From an uncultured Candidatus Saccharibacteria bacterium (GTDB lineage Bacteria; Patescibacteriota; Dojkabacteria; SC72): a DNA stretch of 64,000 bases. Location: assembly GCA_964621195.1 (NCBI GenBank), contig CAZULJ010000002.1, forward strand, positions 83,665-147,664. The letters run 5' to 3'. Each line of letters starts with the position of its first letter. Position 1 is the first letter of the stretch. The translations under genes were made by a program, and so were the position numbers. Below, one piece after another: positions 20,211 to 28,948 of this stretch. A model generated the notes under the pieces. That model was given only the letters and a program-made list of their open reading frames with translations. It was not told where the DNA came from and searched no databases.

Positions 20211-21047
20211 ATGAAAAAGGTTTTAATATTTGGTTCTAGTGGAATGCTTGGGAGTTTTCTCTCTTCCTTTCTTGAAGAAAAAGGGTATGAGATAGAGAGA
20301 AATGATAGGGCGGATGGGGGTATTGATATTACCTTGGAGGATGAAGTAAAAAGGGTTGTCTTAGAATCTAATCCTGACTTTGTAGTGAATTGCAGTGCAT
20401 ATACAAATGTTGAAAAGGCCGAAGAAGAAAAAGAGATAGCTTTTGAAGTAAATGCAAATGCCCCTAAGTATATGGCACAGGTTTGTAAGGGGTTAGATAT
20501 CCCTTTTGTGCATATATCCACAGACTATGTATTTGGTGAAAATCGAAAGGAAGGATATAAAGAAGACTACAAAAATTTTAAACCACTTAATGTATATGGT
20601 GAATCCAAATTAATGGGAGAGAAGAATATCTTAGAAGTGGGAGGGAAGATATATATTTTTAGAACATCGTGGTTGTTTGGTCCCAATGCTACAAATTTCA
20701 TAGACAAGATTACTAAATATGCTAAGGAGTTACCAGAACTAAAGGTTGTTACAGATGAAGTAGGTTGTCCGACATATGTAGGAGATTTGAGTCAATCTAT
20801 TCTTTCTGCAATTCAGGGTGACATTAAACCAGATATTTACCACATATCAAGTAGGGATACATGTTCAAGAAATGAATTTGCAAAGGAAATATTAAATATG
20901 CAAGGTATAAAAACACCTGTAAAAGAGTCTAAGTTAAAAGATTTTGGAAGGAAGGCAGTAGTGCCAAATAGGTCTCAATTAATTAATACAAAATTACCTG
21001 AAATGAGATCATGGAGAGAGATGTTAAAAGAATATTTGGGTGAATAA
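20211..21047 (+). CDS. rfbD: dTDP-4-dehydrorhamnose reductase
   Basis: GSSGMLG, AYTNVEKAE, HISTDYVF, YGESK, GCPT. Confidence 0.95.
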   Translation: MKKVLIFGSSGMLGSFLSSFLEEKGYEIERNDRADGGIDITLEDEVKRVVLESNPDFVVNCSAYTNVEKAEEEKEIAFEVNANAPKYMAQVCKGLDIPFVHISTDYVFGENRKEGYKEDYKNFKPLNVYGESKLMGEKNILEVGGKIYIFRTSWLFGPNATNFIDKITKYAKELPELKVVTDEVGCPTYVGDLSQSILSAIQGDIKPDIYHISSRDTCSRNEFAKEILNMQGIKTPVKESKLKDFGRKAVVPNRSQLINTKLPEMRSWREMLKEYLGE

Positions 21048-21058
21048 TAATTAGTAGT

Positions 21059-21087
21059 TTGGAATTCCAAGAAAATATCGTTAAAAT
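21059..21087 (+). promoter_or_regulatory. Putative sigma70 promoter for the structured RNA
   Basis: TTGGAA-17 nt-TAAAAT; predicted start near 21094. Confidence 0.55.
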
Positions 21088-21093
21088 AGGGTT

Positions 21094-21227
21094 GTACAGA
21101 AGCGAAAGCTTCTGTAGGGTGCTGTGAGGATAGGACTCACCATGTACGAAGTGCAAGTCTTCCACCCTAGGTCGAGACCTCCCTACCTCGCTTGGGAAAC
21201 CTCGGGGGTAGGGACACCTCTTGGTAC
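21094..21227 (+). ncRNA. Unidentified structured ncRNA with a tRNA-like D-arm/T-arm module
   Basis: GC-rich island in AT-rich DNA. Stems: TACAGAAGC-GAAA-GCTTCTGTA; TAGGGTG/CACCCTA enclosing GTGAG-GATAGGA-CTCAC and GAAG-TGCAAGT-CTTC; AGGT-CGAG-ACCT; CCCTACCTC..GG-GAAA-CC..GGGGTAGGG. G-U wobbles favour the + strand. Confidence 0.7.
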
Positions 21228-21256
21228 TAATACCCCCATCTGCTAATATATATACC

Positions 21257-22453
21257 ATGCATTTAATAATTGATTGTACAACTACTCAAAATCAACTTAA
21301 ATACAATGGTATTGGTCAATATACTAAGCACATTGTAAGTAGAATACTAGAAAAGAAAGATATAGATATAACGTTACTCATGTTTGATGGGGAATCTACA
21401 CTAGATCCATACCTTAAAGGAAAGAATATACACATACACAGATTAGGAAAAGTAAAACCCTCTGATTACAAAAATTTTCTTACATATACATTCAAAATAC
21501 TCCCCGCTATTAAACAGTACAAAAAAGAAGACAGTATATATTTCTGTCCTTACTTCTGGATAGGGGTACCATCACTACATATACCCACAGTACTAATGGT
21601 ACATGATTTCATATTACCAATATTCAATATATATTCTGAGCAAAGTATATTTCACAATATATTTAGAGGTATACAGTATTGGATGGAGATGTACAAAGCT
21701 AAATATTGTAAAGCCATAATTACAAACTCCAAATATACAGCAAAAGACTTTATGAAATACTTCCCTAAATACCCTAAACAGAATATATATCCAATATATC
21801 TAGATGGAGAAGTACAAGACTCTAAAGATATACAAGGATGGGATTCTTTCTTACCTAAAGATTACAAAAAGAGAGGATATTTCATATATATGGGAGGAAC
21901 ACTAGGATATAACAAGAATTCAGAAGGAGTAGTAAAAGGATACAGAGAGTTTCTTGCTAAAGTAAAACATGATAGTAAGGCTCCATACTTGGTAATTGCT
22001 GGAAAGAACTTTGCTAAAGAGGTTGATAAAAGGGTCGTAAAGTTTAGAGAGAAGATTGAATGTTTGGGACTAAAAGAAAATGTAATCTTTACAGGCTTCT
22101 ATGAAGATTCTCATATAAAACCACTCCTTAGTAACTCCATCTCTTTTATACATCTCTCATTGTATGAAGGTTTTGGTATTGCATTAGTAGAAGCAATGAA
22201 ATCAGGTACACCTGTAATAGCTCACAATGGATCTTGCTATCCTGAAGTGCTCGAAGATGCAGGAATACTTGTTAACGGTCAGAACCCTAAAGAGGTAGGA
22301 GAGAGCATGTACAAAATATACAAAGACAGGAAGCTTAGAGATGAATTAATAAAAAAAGGTTTACAAAGAGGTAAAGAATTTTCCTGGGAAAATACTACTG
22401 ATATGACAATTGAGGTTTTTAAATCTGTTTACAAAGAATTTTCAATCAAGTAA
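21257..22453 (+). CDS. GT4 glycosyltransferase
   Basis: GIGQY, VHD, SLYEGFGIALVEAMKSGTPVI. Confidence 0.92.
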   Translation: MHLIIDCTTTQNQLKYNGIGQYTKHIVSRILEKKDIDITLLMFDGESTLDPYLKGKNIHIHRLGKVKPSDYKNFLTYTFKILPAIKQYKKEDSIYFCPYFWIGVPSLHIPTVLMVHDFILPIFNIYSEQSIFHNIFRGIQYWMEMYKAKYCKAIITNSKYTAKDFMKYFPKYPKQNIYPIYLDGEVQDSKDIQGWDSFLPKDYKKRGYFIYMGGTLGYNKNSEGVVKGYREFLAKVKHDSKAPYLVIAGKNFAKEVDKRVVKFREKIECLGLKENVIFTGFYEDSHIKPLLSNSISFIHLSLYEGFGIALVEAMKSGTPVIAHNGSCYPEVLEDAGILVNGQNPKEVGESMYKIYKDRKLRDELIKKGLQRGKEFSWENTTDMTIEVFKSVYKEFSIK

Positions 22454-22503
22454 GATACCTGTATGTTGTGTTCTTACTTTACATATATGATTGGAAAGTA
22501 CAA

Positions 22504-23778
22504 ATGAATATTCTTTTTACACCTATCACTAGTAGTTCTATAGCTCATGTTATTAGAAGTTTTGCATTAGCAGAAGAATTCCTTAAAAATGGAGACAAAG
22601 TGTATTTCACATCCTGTACAAGTAAGGCAAGTTTTATCGAAAACCAAGGATATGAAATTGTAAAAACATACAAACCTTTTAATCTTAATGACCCTAAAGA
22701 TCAATCTGTAAACTATTTAGCAACACACAAAGAAGAAATGATTGATTGGTTGGGTGCAGAAATAGAGGCAGCAAAACAAGTTAAAGCAGATGTTGTGATT
22801 ACTTCACCTGGATTTTTTGGTCCTCAAGTAGCATTTGCAACTGAAATACCTGTAGTAGCTTTAATGAATGGACAATATCTACCTAAGTCTAAAGGTTTAA
22901 TGGGTATTTCCTTGGCTACTGATAGTACAAAACACAAAATTTTGAGAAAATTACTTAATCCTGTATTTAAGAAATCTTTTGTTAAGAACTATCTTTCTGA
23001 AATATTAGATGCTTACAGGAAATTGGGTATAACCCAAGAGATAAAGAGTAGAGAAGAGCTTTATGCTCCAATGCATATACTCATACCTGGTGATGACGAA
23101 TTTGAACCACAGCTAGAATTAGATGGAAGAACTAAATATGTCGGACCTATATTCTGGAATGGTTTCGAAAAGATGAAAACAGATTTAACAGAAAAAAAAC
23201 TTGAGGAATTCAAGGGAAACTCAAAATTGGTGCTTATAAACTTTGGAGGTAGTGTATTTGAATTAGAAACATATCGTAGAATTCTTAATTTCATTAAAGA
23301 CTTAGATGCAAAGGTAATTGTTGCTCTTGGTCCAAATTTCCCAAGGGAAAAATTCCAGAAGGACAATGATAGTTTGATAATAAGGACTTATATTCCAGGA
23401 TTAAGAGTTTCTAAATACGCAGATGTGATTGTAAATACGGGTTCTCAGGGGGCAATAATGCAAGCATTAGAAAATGGTAAGCCAGTTGTATCATTCCCAG
23501 TAGGTATAGATCAGGCATATTTTGCAAACAGATTAGAAGAAATGGGCTTAGGTATTAATGTAAACAAAACTAGTATATTGAAGTTTTCTAAAAGAGAAAG
23601 CTATCAAATAAAGGATGATACTGTTCCAGCAAAAATATTGGAAGCAGTATCAGAGATATTAAAAAATCCAGTATATACAAAGAATGCATATGAATATTCA
23701 TTAAGATTAAAGGCAAAGAATTACAAACCAAGAAAAACTGTTGTACAATTTATATATGATTTAGTTGAAAAGAAATGA
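22504..23778 (+). CDS. GT1/GT28-like GT-B glycosyltransferase (UDP-glycosyltransferase-like)
   Basis: AHVIRSFALA, YVGPI, NFGGS, NTGSQGAIMQALENGKPVV..P...DQ. Confidence 0.8.
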   Translation: MNILFTPITSSSIAHVIRSFALAEEFLKNGDKVYFTSCTSKASFIENQGYEIVKTYKPFNLNDPKDQSVNYLATHKEEMIDWLGAEIEAAKQVKADVVITSPGFFGPQVAFATEIPVVALMNGQYLPKSKGLMGISLATDSTKHKILRKLLNPVFKKSFVKNYLSEILDAYRKLGITQEIKSREELYAPMHILIPGDDEFEPQLELDGRTKYVGPIFWNGFEKMKTDLTEKKLEEFKGNSKLVLINFGGSVFELETYRRILNFIKDLDAKVIVALGPNFPREKFQKDNDSLIIRTYIPGLRVSKYADVIVNTGSQGAIMQALENGKPVVSFPVGIDQAYFANRLEEMGLGINVNKTSILKFSKRESYQIKDDTVPAKILEAVSEILKNPVYTKNAYEYSLRLKAKNYKPRKTVVQFIYDLVEKK

Positions 23779-25982
23779 TATTAGGATTTATATCGTTATT
23801 TATAATCATTCTCCTTTGTACTTTTATTATTTACAAAGTACTTAAAGAAAAGAGTCTCTCTAATGCAGAGAAAAGGCAAACCTTCTCGATATTAGTCTTT
23901 TGGGTTATACTTTGGTCACTATCTATTTTAGTTACAGATCTCTTTAGCCAGAACCACACAGTGGCTCTTTGGGCGTCTAGATTTTCATTTGTAACCTCTG
24001 CCCTTATTGGATATTGGTACTATCTTTTCGTAAGAACTTACTATGAAGGGAAACACGCTCTTCTTGGAAAGATTTTTTGGGGTATTATTTCTTTTGTATT
24101 TGTAATTCTTTCAATTACGGACGGAATAGTTAAGGATGTTGTATATTCCGAAAATCACCTACAATCAATTAGAGGTGACTTTAATATATATTTCGTCATC
24201 TATACAGGAATAATTTTCTGTTACTCTGCAATCTTGTTCTTCGCAGCTTACAAAAGAGAGCAGAACCTTGTAACAAAAGCACAAATATTCTACATCTTCC
24301 TTGGTTCTATGCTTTCTATACTTAGTTCCTTTAGTACAAACTTAATATTTCCAATACTTGAATTTAACGAAATTAGAGCATTAGGACCATTAAGCCTAAT
24401 TTTTTTCATCCTTGCAACCTACTATGCAATTTTAAGATATCGATTTCCAAGTACAAAACTAATAGTGAGTAAACTGGTATATGTTCTCTTTATCTCGATT
24501 GTACCATATGCAATATTTCATCTTGTTTCCTTTGTGCAAAATATCGTTTGGGGTGGAATATATGAACCCGAAGCATTGGTAACAGGATATTTGTACTCTG
24601 CACTTTTTGTTTTCCTTTTTGTATTTGCGAATGAGAAATTAGATGTAATAGTTAAGAAAGTTTTTTACGATTACAATATTGATATTCAAGAGGAAAAGGA
24701 GAAACTAATCATTGTTTTCAATGATACCTTAGATGTAAGTGTAATTCTTGATAGAACTCAAAATTTACTTAAAAGAATATTTAATTCTCCAACAAAGATT
24801 TTGATAACGAAAAACGGTAAAATATTGGAGGATTTTAAATCGTATGGGCTTTCGTTGAATGATATTGCAGATTTAGAACTCTTAGAGACAATTAAACAAC
24901 CATTAATAAAAGATGAGCTAATGCATGTTGATGGGAAAGAATCATTCAGACATCTCTTTGAGAAATATAATCTTCGAGTAATTTTTCCAATCCAAAAATC
25001 TAGCCTAATTGACTGGAATGTGTATATTACAATTGAAGATGGTAAAGCAGCAAAAACATACTCTATTCAGGATTTAGAATATATTAGATCAGTTGGATCT
25101 TCTATGGCAATCTCTTTGCAAAGAGCTTTCTTGTATCAAGAAGTTGAAGTATTTAATAAGTCTCTTCAAGAGAAAGTAAATGAACAAACCAAAGAATTAC
25201 AAATTAAGGTTAAAGAATTAGAAGAAGCAAGAAGGAAAGAAGCAGATATGATAGATATAATGGGGCATGAATTAAGAACACCCGCTACTGTTGTAAAACT
25301 AAATGTTGAACTTCTTGAGAAATTTATTGAGAGTAATCCTGCAGAATTTAAAAAATATATAGACAGAATCAAGAAGTCTGTAGAAACCGAAATAGGATTA
25401 ATCAATACATTGCTTACATCTGCTAAATTAGAAGGGAATAAGGTTGAGATAAGACATGATAATGTAGATATTAAAGCAGAAATAGAAATGGCTGTTCATG
25501 GTCATGAGATTGATTTTGAAGAGAAGGGTATTCAATTTAATAACAATGTAAATCCAAATACTCCTAATGTATATGTGGATAAGGTAAGAGTAGTAGAAAT
25601 CCTTAATAACTTAATTAGTAATGCAATTAAATATACTCAAAAGGGGAATGTAACTGTGTCTACTAAGTATGATGATAATTTTGTTACAGTAAGTATTCAG
25701 GATACTGGAAAAGGAATACCTAGAGAGAATCTACCGAAATTAGGAGAAAAATTCTATAGAGTAGATAACTACCTTGGTTCTGAAATAGTAAGACCTGGTG
25801 GTACGGGACTTGGTTTGTATGTTACATTTGGTCTTGTAAGGCTTATGGGTGGTGATATGTGGGTAGAGAGTGAGATAGGTAAGGGTAGTACATTTTCTTT
25901 TACTTTGCCAATATATAAAGGGCAAAAGATTGGAAGTAGTGATTCAAGAAATATGTTTGAAAAGCTAGGACTAAAGAAATAG
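23775..25982 (+). CDS. Sensor histidine kinase with N-terminal multi-TM (7TM-like) domain
   Basis: GHELRTP H-box, NLISNAIKY N-box, DTGKGI, GGTGLGL; about 9 N-terminal TMs. Confidence 0.93.
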   Translation: MILGFISLFIIILLCTFIIYKVLKEKSLSNAEKRQTFSILVFWVILWSLSILVTDLFSQNHTVALWASRFSFVTSALIGYWYYLFVRTYYEGKHALLGKIFWGIISFVFVILSITDGIVKDVVYSENHLQSIRGDFNIYFVIYTGIIFCYSAILFFAAYKREQNLVTKAQIFYIFLGSMLSILSSFSTNLIFPILEFNEIRALGPLSLIFFILATYYAILRYRFPSTKLIVSKLVYVLFISIVPYAIFHLVSFVQNIVWGGIYEPEALVTGYLYSALFVFLFVFANEKLDVIVKKVFYDYNIDIQEEKEKLIIVFNDTLDVSVILDRTQNLLKRIFNSPTKILITKNGKILEDFKSYGLSLNDIADLELLETIKQPLIKDELMHVDGKESFRHLFEKYNLRVIFPIQKSSLIDWNVYITIEDGKAAKTYSIQDLEYIRSVGSSMAISLQRAFLYQEVEVFNKSLQEKVNEQTKELQIKVKELEEARRKEADMIDIMGHELRTPATVVKLNVELLEKFIESNPAEFKKYIDRIKKSVETEIGLINTLLTSAKLEGNKVEIRHDNVDIKAEIEMAVHGHEIDFEEKGIQFNNNVNPNTPNVYVDKVRVVEILNNLISNAIKYTQKGNVTVSTKYDDNFVTVSIQDTGKGIPRENLPKLGEKFYRVDNYLGSEIVRPGGTGLGLYVTFGLVRLMGGDMWVESEIGKGSTFSFTLPIYKGQKIGSSDSRNMFEKLGLKK

Positions 25983-26004
25983 CGGTATTACTGGAGCATT
26001 TATA

Positions 26005-26109
26005 TTGAGATTCTAAGGTTTTTTTTGTAAAATCTTCTCAAAGATACACCAACTATGGTGTTTGCTCTTTCAAGGAATGGTCAGAATCTGCAAGGAAAGG
26101 AGATCTTTT
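26005..26109 (+). promoter_or_regulatory. Promoter and leader with hairpin, boxA-like motif and strong SD
   Basis: TTGAGA-17-TAAAAT; ACACC-AACTAT-GGTGT; TGCTCTTTCAA; AAGGAG 7 nt before ATG 26110. Confidence 0.55.
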
Positions 26110-26331
26110 ATGGCACCGAAGACTAAGGTCGGAAGTAGTAAACAGGTAGAGGAAAGCAAAGGTAGTGAAGTCTCAGGGGGACCAGTTCGTCGCATTATTA
26201 GCGAAAGCTATTATGACGATGGCTCGAAGCATACGACAGAGTCTGTTGTGACTACTGGAGGAAGTCGCAGAATGTCTTGGGACACAGATTCTAACGGAAA
26301 AGCTTCTGACTTTCACTCGAAGGAGAACTGA
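26110..26331 (+). CDS. Small hydrophilic hypothetical protein (73 aa)
   Basis: Has its own promoter and a strong SD; no recognisable motif. Confidence 0.6.
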   Translation: MAPKTKVGSSKQVEESKGSEVSGGPVRRIISESYYDDGSKHTTESVVTTGGSRRMSWDTDSNGKASDFHSKEN

Positions 26332-26370
26332 CAATAAATTCCCCTTCATCTAACTTTTTATTTCACAACA

Positions 26371-26625
26371 ATGAAATATAGTATATCTGTAGATAAGGAT
26401 AATGGTGAAGGAAGCAAAAAGTTTGAGGTGGATTTCTCAGTCAAATATTACTTTCCTCTTACAAAGAAAGACGAAGAAAAAATATACCGTGTTGTTAGAA
26501 TAATAGATTCTCTTGGACAGGATGAAGTAGAGGAAACTAGCGATAAAGATTACAGATTCCAGCATGATGAGGATAGTGGAGAGAATCTGCTAGATGGAGT
26601 AGTAGAAGATTGTACCAAGCTGTAG
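26371..26625 (+). CDS. Small acidic hypothetical protein
   Basis: 84-aa ORF that fills the gap between neighbours. Confidence 0.5.
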   Translation: MKYSISVDKDNGEGSKKFEVDFSVKYYFPLTKKDEEKIYRVVRIIDSLGQDEVEETSDKDYRFQHDEDSGENLLDGVVEDCTKL

Positions 26626-26634
26626 AATGTCTTA

Positions 26635-27912
26635 ATGCATATTAAAGAGTTCTTAATTACCAAATACAAAAACAACAGAGAATTGTCCTCCTCATTTGTA
26701 TGGAGATTAATCCAAATATTAAGTAAGCAGGGTACTAGTGCATTAATGTTTTTCATTGCAACATTCTTTCTTACTAAACAGGATATGGGTATCTACAACT
26801 ATATGTCCTCTGCACTTTTTTTAATGATTGCCTTCTCGGATTTTGGTATATCTACTGCAACATCAAAGTATGTAGCACAATACAATACCTCTGAAAAAAA
26901 GAAGGTAAGAAGAGTACTTTTTAACTCCGGTTTACTAATATTTGTAATCTCCTGCATAGTAATTACATTCATGGCAATATTTGCAAAGAGAATATTCCCT
27001 GATCACTACATATATCTGTACTATGCACTACCCTTCATCTTCATATATCCTCTAACATCTCTACTAGATGGTATGTATCGGGGTTTAAAAAAATTTAAAA
27101 CCCTTGCAATTGTTTCAATATTAAACGGAATATTAGGAGTTCTCTTTTCATATATTTTTGTTACCAATTGGGGATTAATAGGGGCGGTATTAACACAGGT
27201 ATGTTTCTTCTCTACATATTCAATAGCTCTTTTAATACTTAATAGAAAGATAGAATTTAAGATTGATAAAGGGATATTAAAAGATATCGCTAGTTACTCC
27301 GTATATTTTGGTATAGCTACAGTAGGATACTTCCTTCTTTCAAAGGTTAATATATTAATTCTAGGTCAGTACAATCTTTTGGAGGAGATTGCTGTATATG
27401 AGCTTCTAAACAAGATATTTACAATATATCTAATACCATTTACCGTATTAGGCCAAGTTCTAGCACCTAATATTGTTGAAATGTTTACACTAAAAAAGTA
27501 CGTAAATGTAATATCCCTTTTCAAAAGAATCTTAATATACTCTCTTGGATTAACAATACTGTTCATACCACTCTCTATGTTACTCACCAATCTCGCTTTA
27601 CATATTGTATTCCCAGAGTATGTAAACGATGTAATGTATCTCCTTCTACTACCGGTTTCTTTAACATTTGCAAAGGCAATACCTGTTGTAATAATCAATA
27701 CGGCAATGATTACCTCTACCGGCCATGCTAGATATATGGCAGTAGAAAATGTTTTAGTAGGAATTCTTAATGTAACCTTGAATATATTCGTAGTAAAGGT
27801 CTATGGATACTTAGGTGTAGTATGGGTAACTCTTGTATTACAAACAATATCTCTAATTGTTTTGTACTCAGTATATTACTCTGCACTTCTTAAAAAGAGT
27901 AAAGAAGTGTAA
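26635..27912 (+). CDS. Oligosaccharide flippase (Wzx/MOP superfamily)
   Basis: About 12 TMs; FSDFGISTATSKYVA motif. Confidence 0.85.
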   Translation: MHIKEFLITKYKNNRELSSSFVWRLIQILSKQGTSALMFFIATFFLTKQDMGIYNYMSSALFLMIAFSDFGISTATSKYVAQYNTSEKKKVRRVLFNSGLLIFVISCIVITFMAIFAKRIFPDHYIYLYYALPFIFIYPLTSLLDGMYRGLKKFKTLAIVSILNGILGVLFSYIFVTNWGLIGAVLTQVCFFSTYSIALLILNRKIEFKIDKGILKDIASYSVYFGIATVGYFLLSKVNILILGQYNLLEEIAVYELLNKIFTIYLIPFTVLGQVLAPNIVEMFTLKKYVNVISLFKRILIYSLGLTILFIPLSMLLTNLALHIVFPEYVNDVMYLLLLPVSLTFAKAIPVVIINTAMITSTGHARYMAVENVLVGILNVTLNIFVVKVYGYLGVVWVTLVLQTISLIVLYSVYYSALLKKSKEV

Positions 27913-27923
27913 AATATATCACT

Positions 27924-28403
27924 ATGGATATATTAATATACATATTAGTAGGAATACTCTTTCTTGCAGGCATTGTACTTACAGTATTAACTCTACCAGG
28001 AGTTTGGTTGGTATATATTGGAGTATTGCTACTTTCTGCTCTTGATAGCTTCGAAGTCATATCACCTTCAATATTAGTTGTCCTTTTCATCCTCTCTCTC
28101 CTTTCAACATTCGTAGACAACATTGTGGTTGCATTGGGAGCAAAGAAGTTTGGGGGATCCAATTGGGGAATGGTAGGTGCAATAGTAGGTGGAATTGTTG
28201 GATTAATACTTGGAAGCTTTGTAGGAATGTTCCTTGGTCCAATATTGGGTGCAACAATTTTTGAAATCATATTCGCAAGGAAAGATTTAAAGAATGCATT
28301 CAAAGCAGGTATTGGTTCTTTCATTGGTATCATTGTAAGCATACTGCTTAAGATTGGGTTTACTATTGGTATGGCAGTATATGCAATCTCTCTTGTTGTT
28401 TAA
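27924..28403 (+). CDS. DUF456 (YqgC-like) membrane protein
   Basis: LPG, GAKKFGGS, GAIVGG.VG, GP.LGA..E. Confidence 0.85.
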   Translation: MDILIYILVGILFLAGIVLTVLTLPGVWLVYIGVLLLSALDSFEVISPSILVVLFILSLLSTFVDNIVVALGAKKFGGSNWGMVGAIVGGIVGLILGSFVGMFLGPILGATIFEIIFARKDLKNAFKAGIGSFIGIIVSILLKIGFTIGMAVYAISLVV

Positions 28404-28938
28404 GATATATCTTTAGGAAGTTTCTCTCTCCCATTAAGATCAAATATCTTTCTCCAACAGATATGTTCTTCTCTTGTTTTTTGTACTCACTCAATCGTCC
28501 ATCTGTAGTATCCAAGTAGTAACTTTTCTGCTCAAGGAATGAGTATGCACTCTTTAGTAAAAGAAAATCTTTTTTACAAAGAGTAGGGAGTACAGTAGGA
28601 AAAAGATCTTTTTGAAATACAATTTCTTCATTTGAGTTGTATACGTATATCGTAGTACTAAACTCTTCACTGCTCTCTATCTCCCTATGAACATACTCGC
28701 ATCTAACAATCTCTCCATCATACCCGTATATACAATTCGTACACTCTTCTAAGGTATTCCTTGCTCTGTTTTCTAAATTAACAATCTCCGCTTTGTTTCG
28801 ATATGAGATTAAGATATTGTTTTCTGATATCCAATATATATTTAAAGGAGAACTTTCAACGGGTAAGACATACTCAAAAGCAAAAGACTTTTCAGTATTT
28901 AGAAATGAAAGTAGGAAGAGAAATAGCTCTTTAATCAT
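28363..28938 (-). CDS. Hypothetical secreted protein
   Basis: Signal-like N-terminus; co-oriented with and downstream of the M23 gene. Confidence 0.55.
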   Translation of the reverse strand: MIKELFLFLLSFLNTEKSFAFEYVLPVESSPLNIYWISENNILISYRNKAEIVNLENRARNTLEECTNCIYGYDGEIVRCEYVHREIESSEEFSTTIYVYNSNEEIVFQKDLFPTVLPTLCKKDFLLLKSAYSFLEQKSYYLDTTDGRLSEYKKQEKNISVGERYLILMGERNFLKIYLKQQERLHILPYQ

Positions 28939-28948
28939 CTTAATATAT

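Noticed and set aside
21089-21236. Identifying the structured RNA as RNase P, SRP, tmRNA, 5S rRNA or a true tRNA
   Set aside because: No GAGGAAAGTCC/P4, no SRP CAGG-GNRA-AGCAG loop, no tag ORF or G3-U70 acceptor, no 5S CCGAAC or loop E, and no anticodon arm.
20983-21258. 91-aa minus-strand ORF across the structured RNA
   Set aside because: It overlaps rfbD, has no motifs, and is open mainly because the segment is GC-rich.
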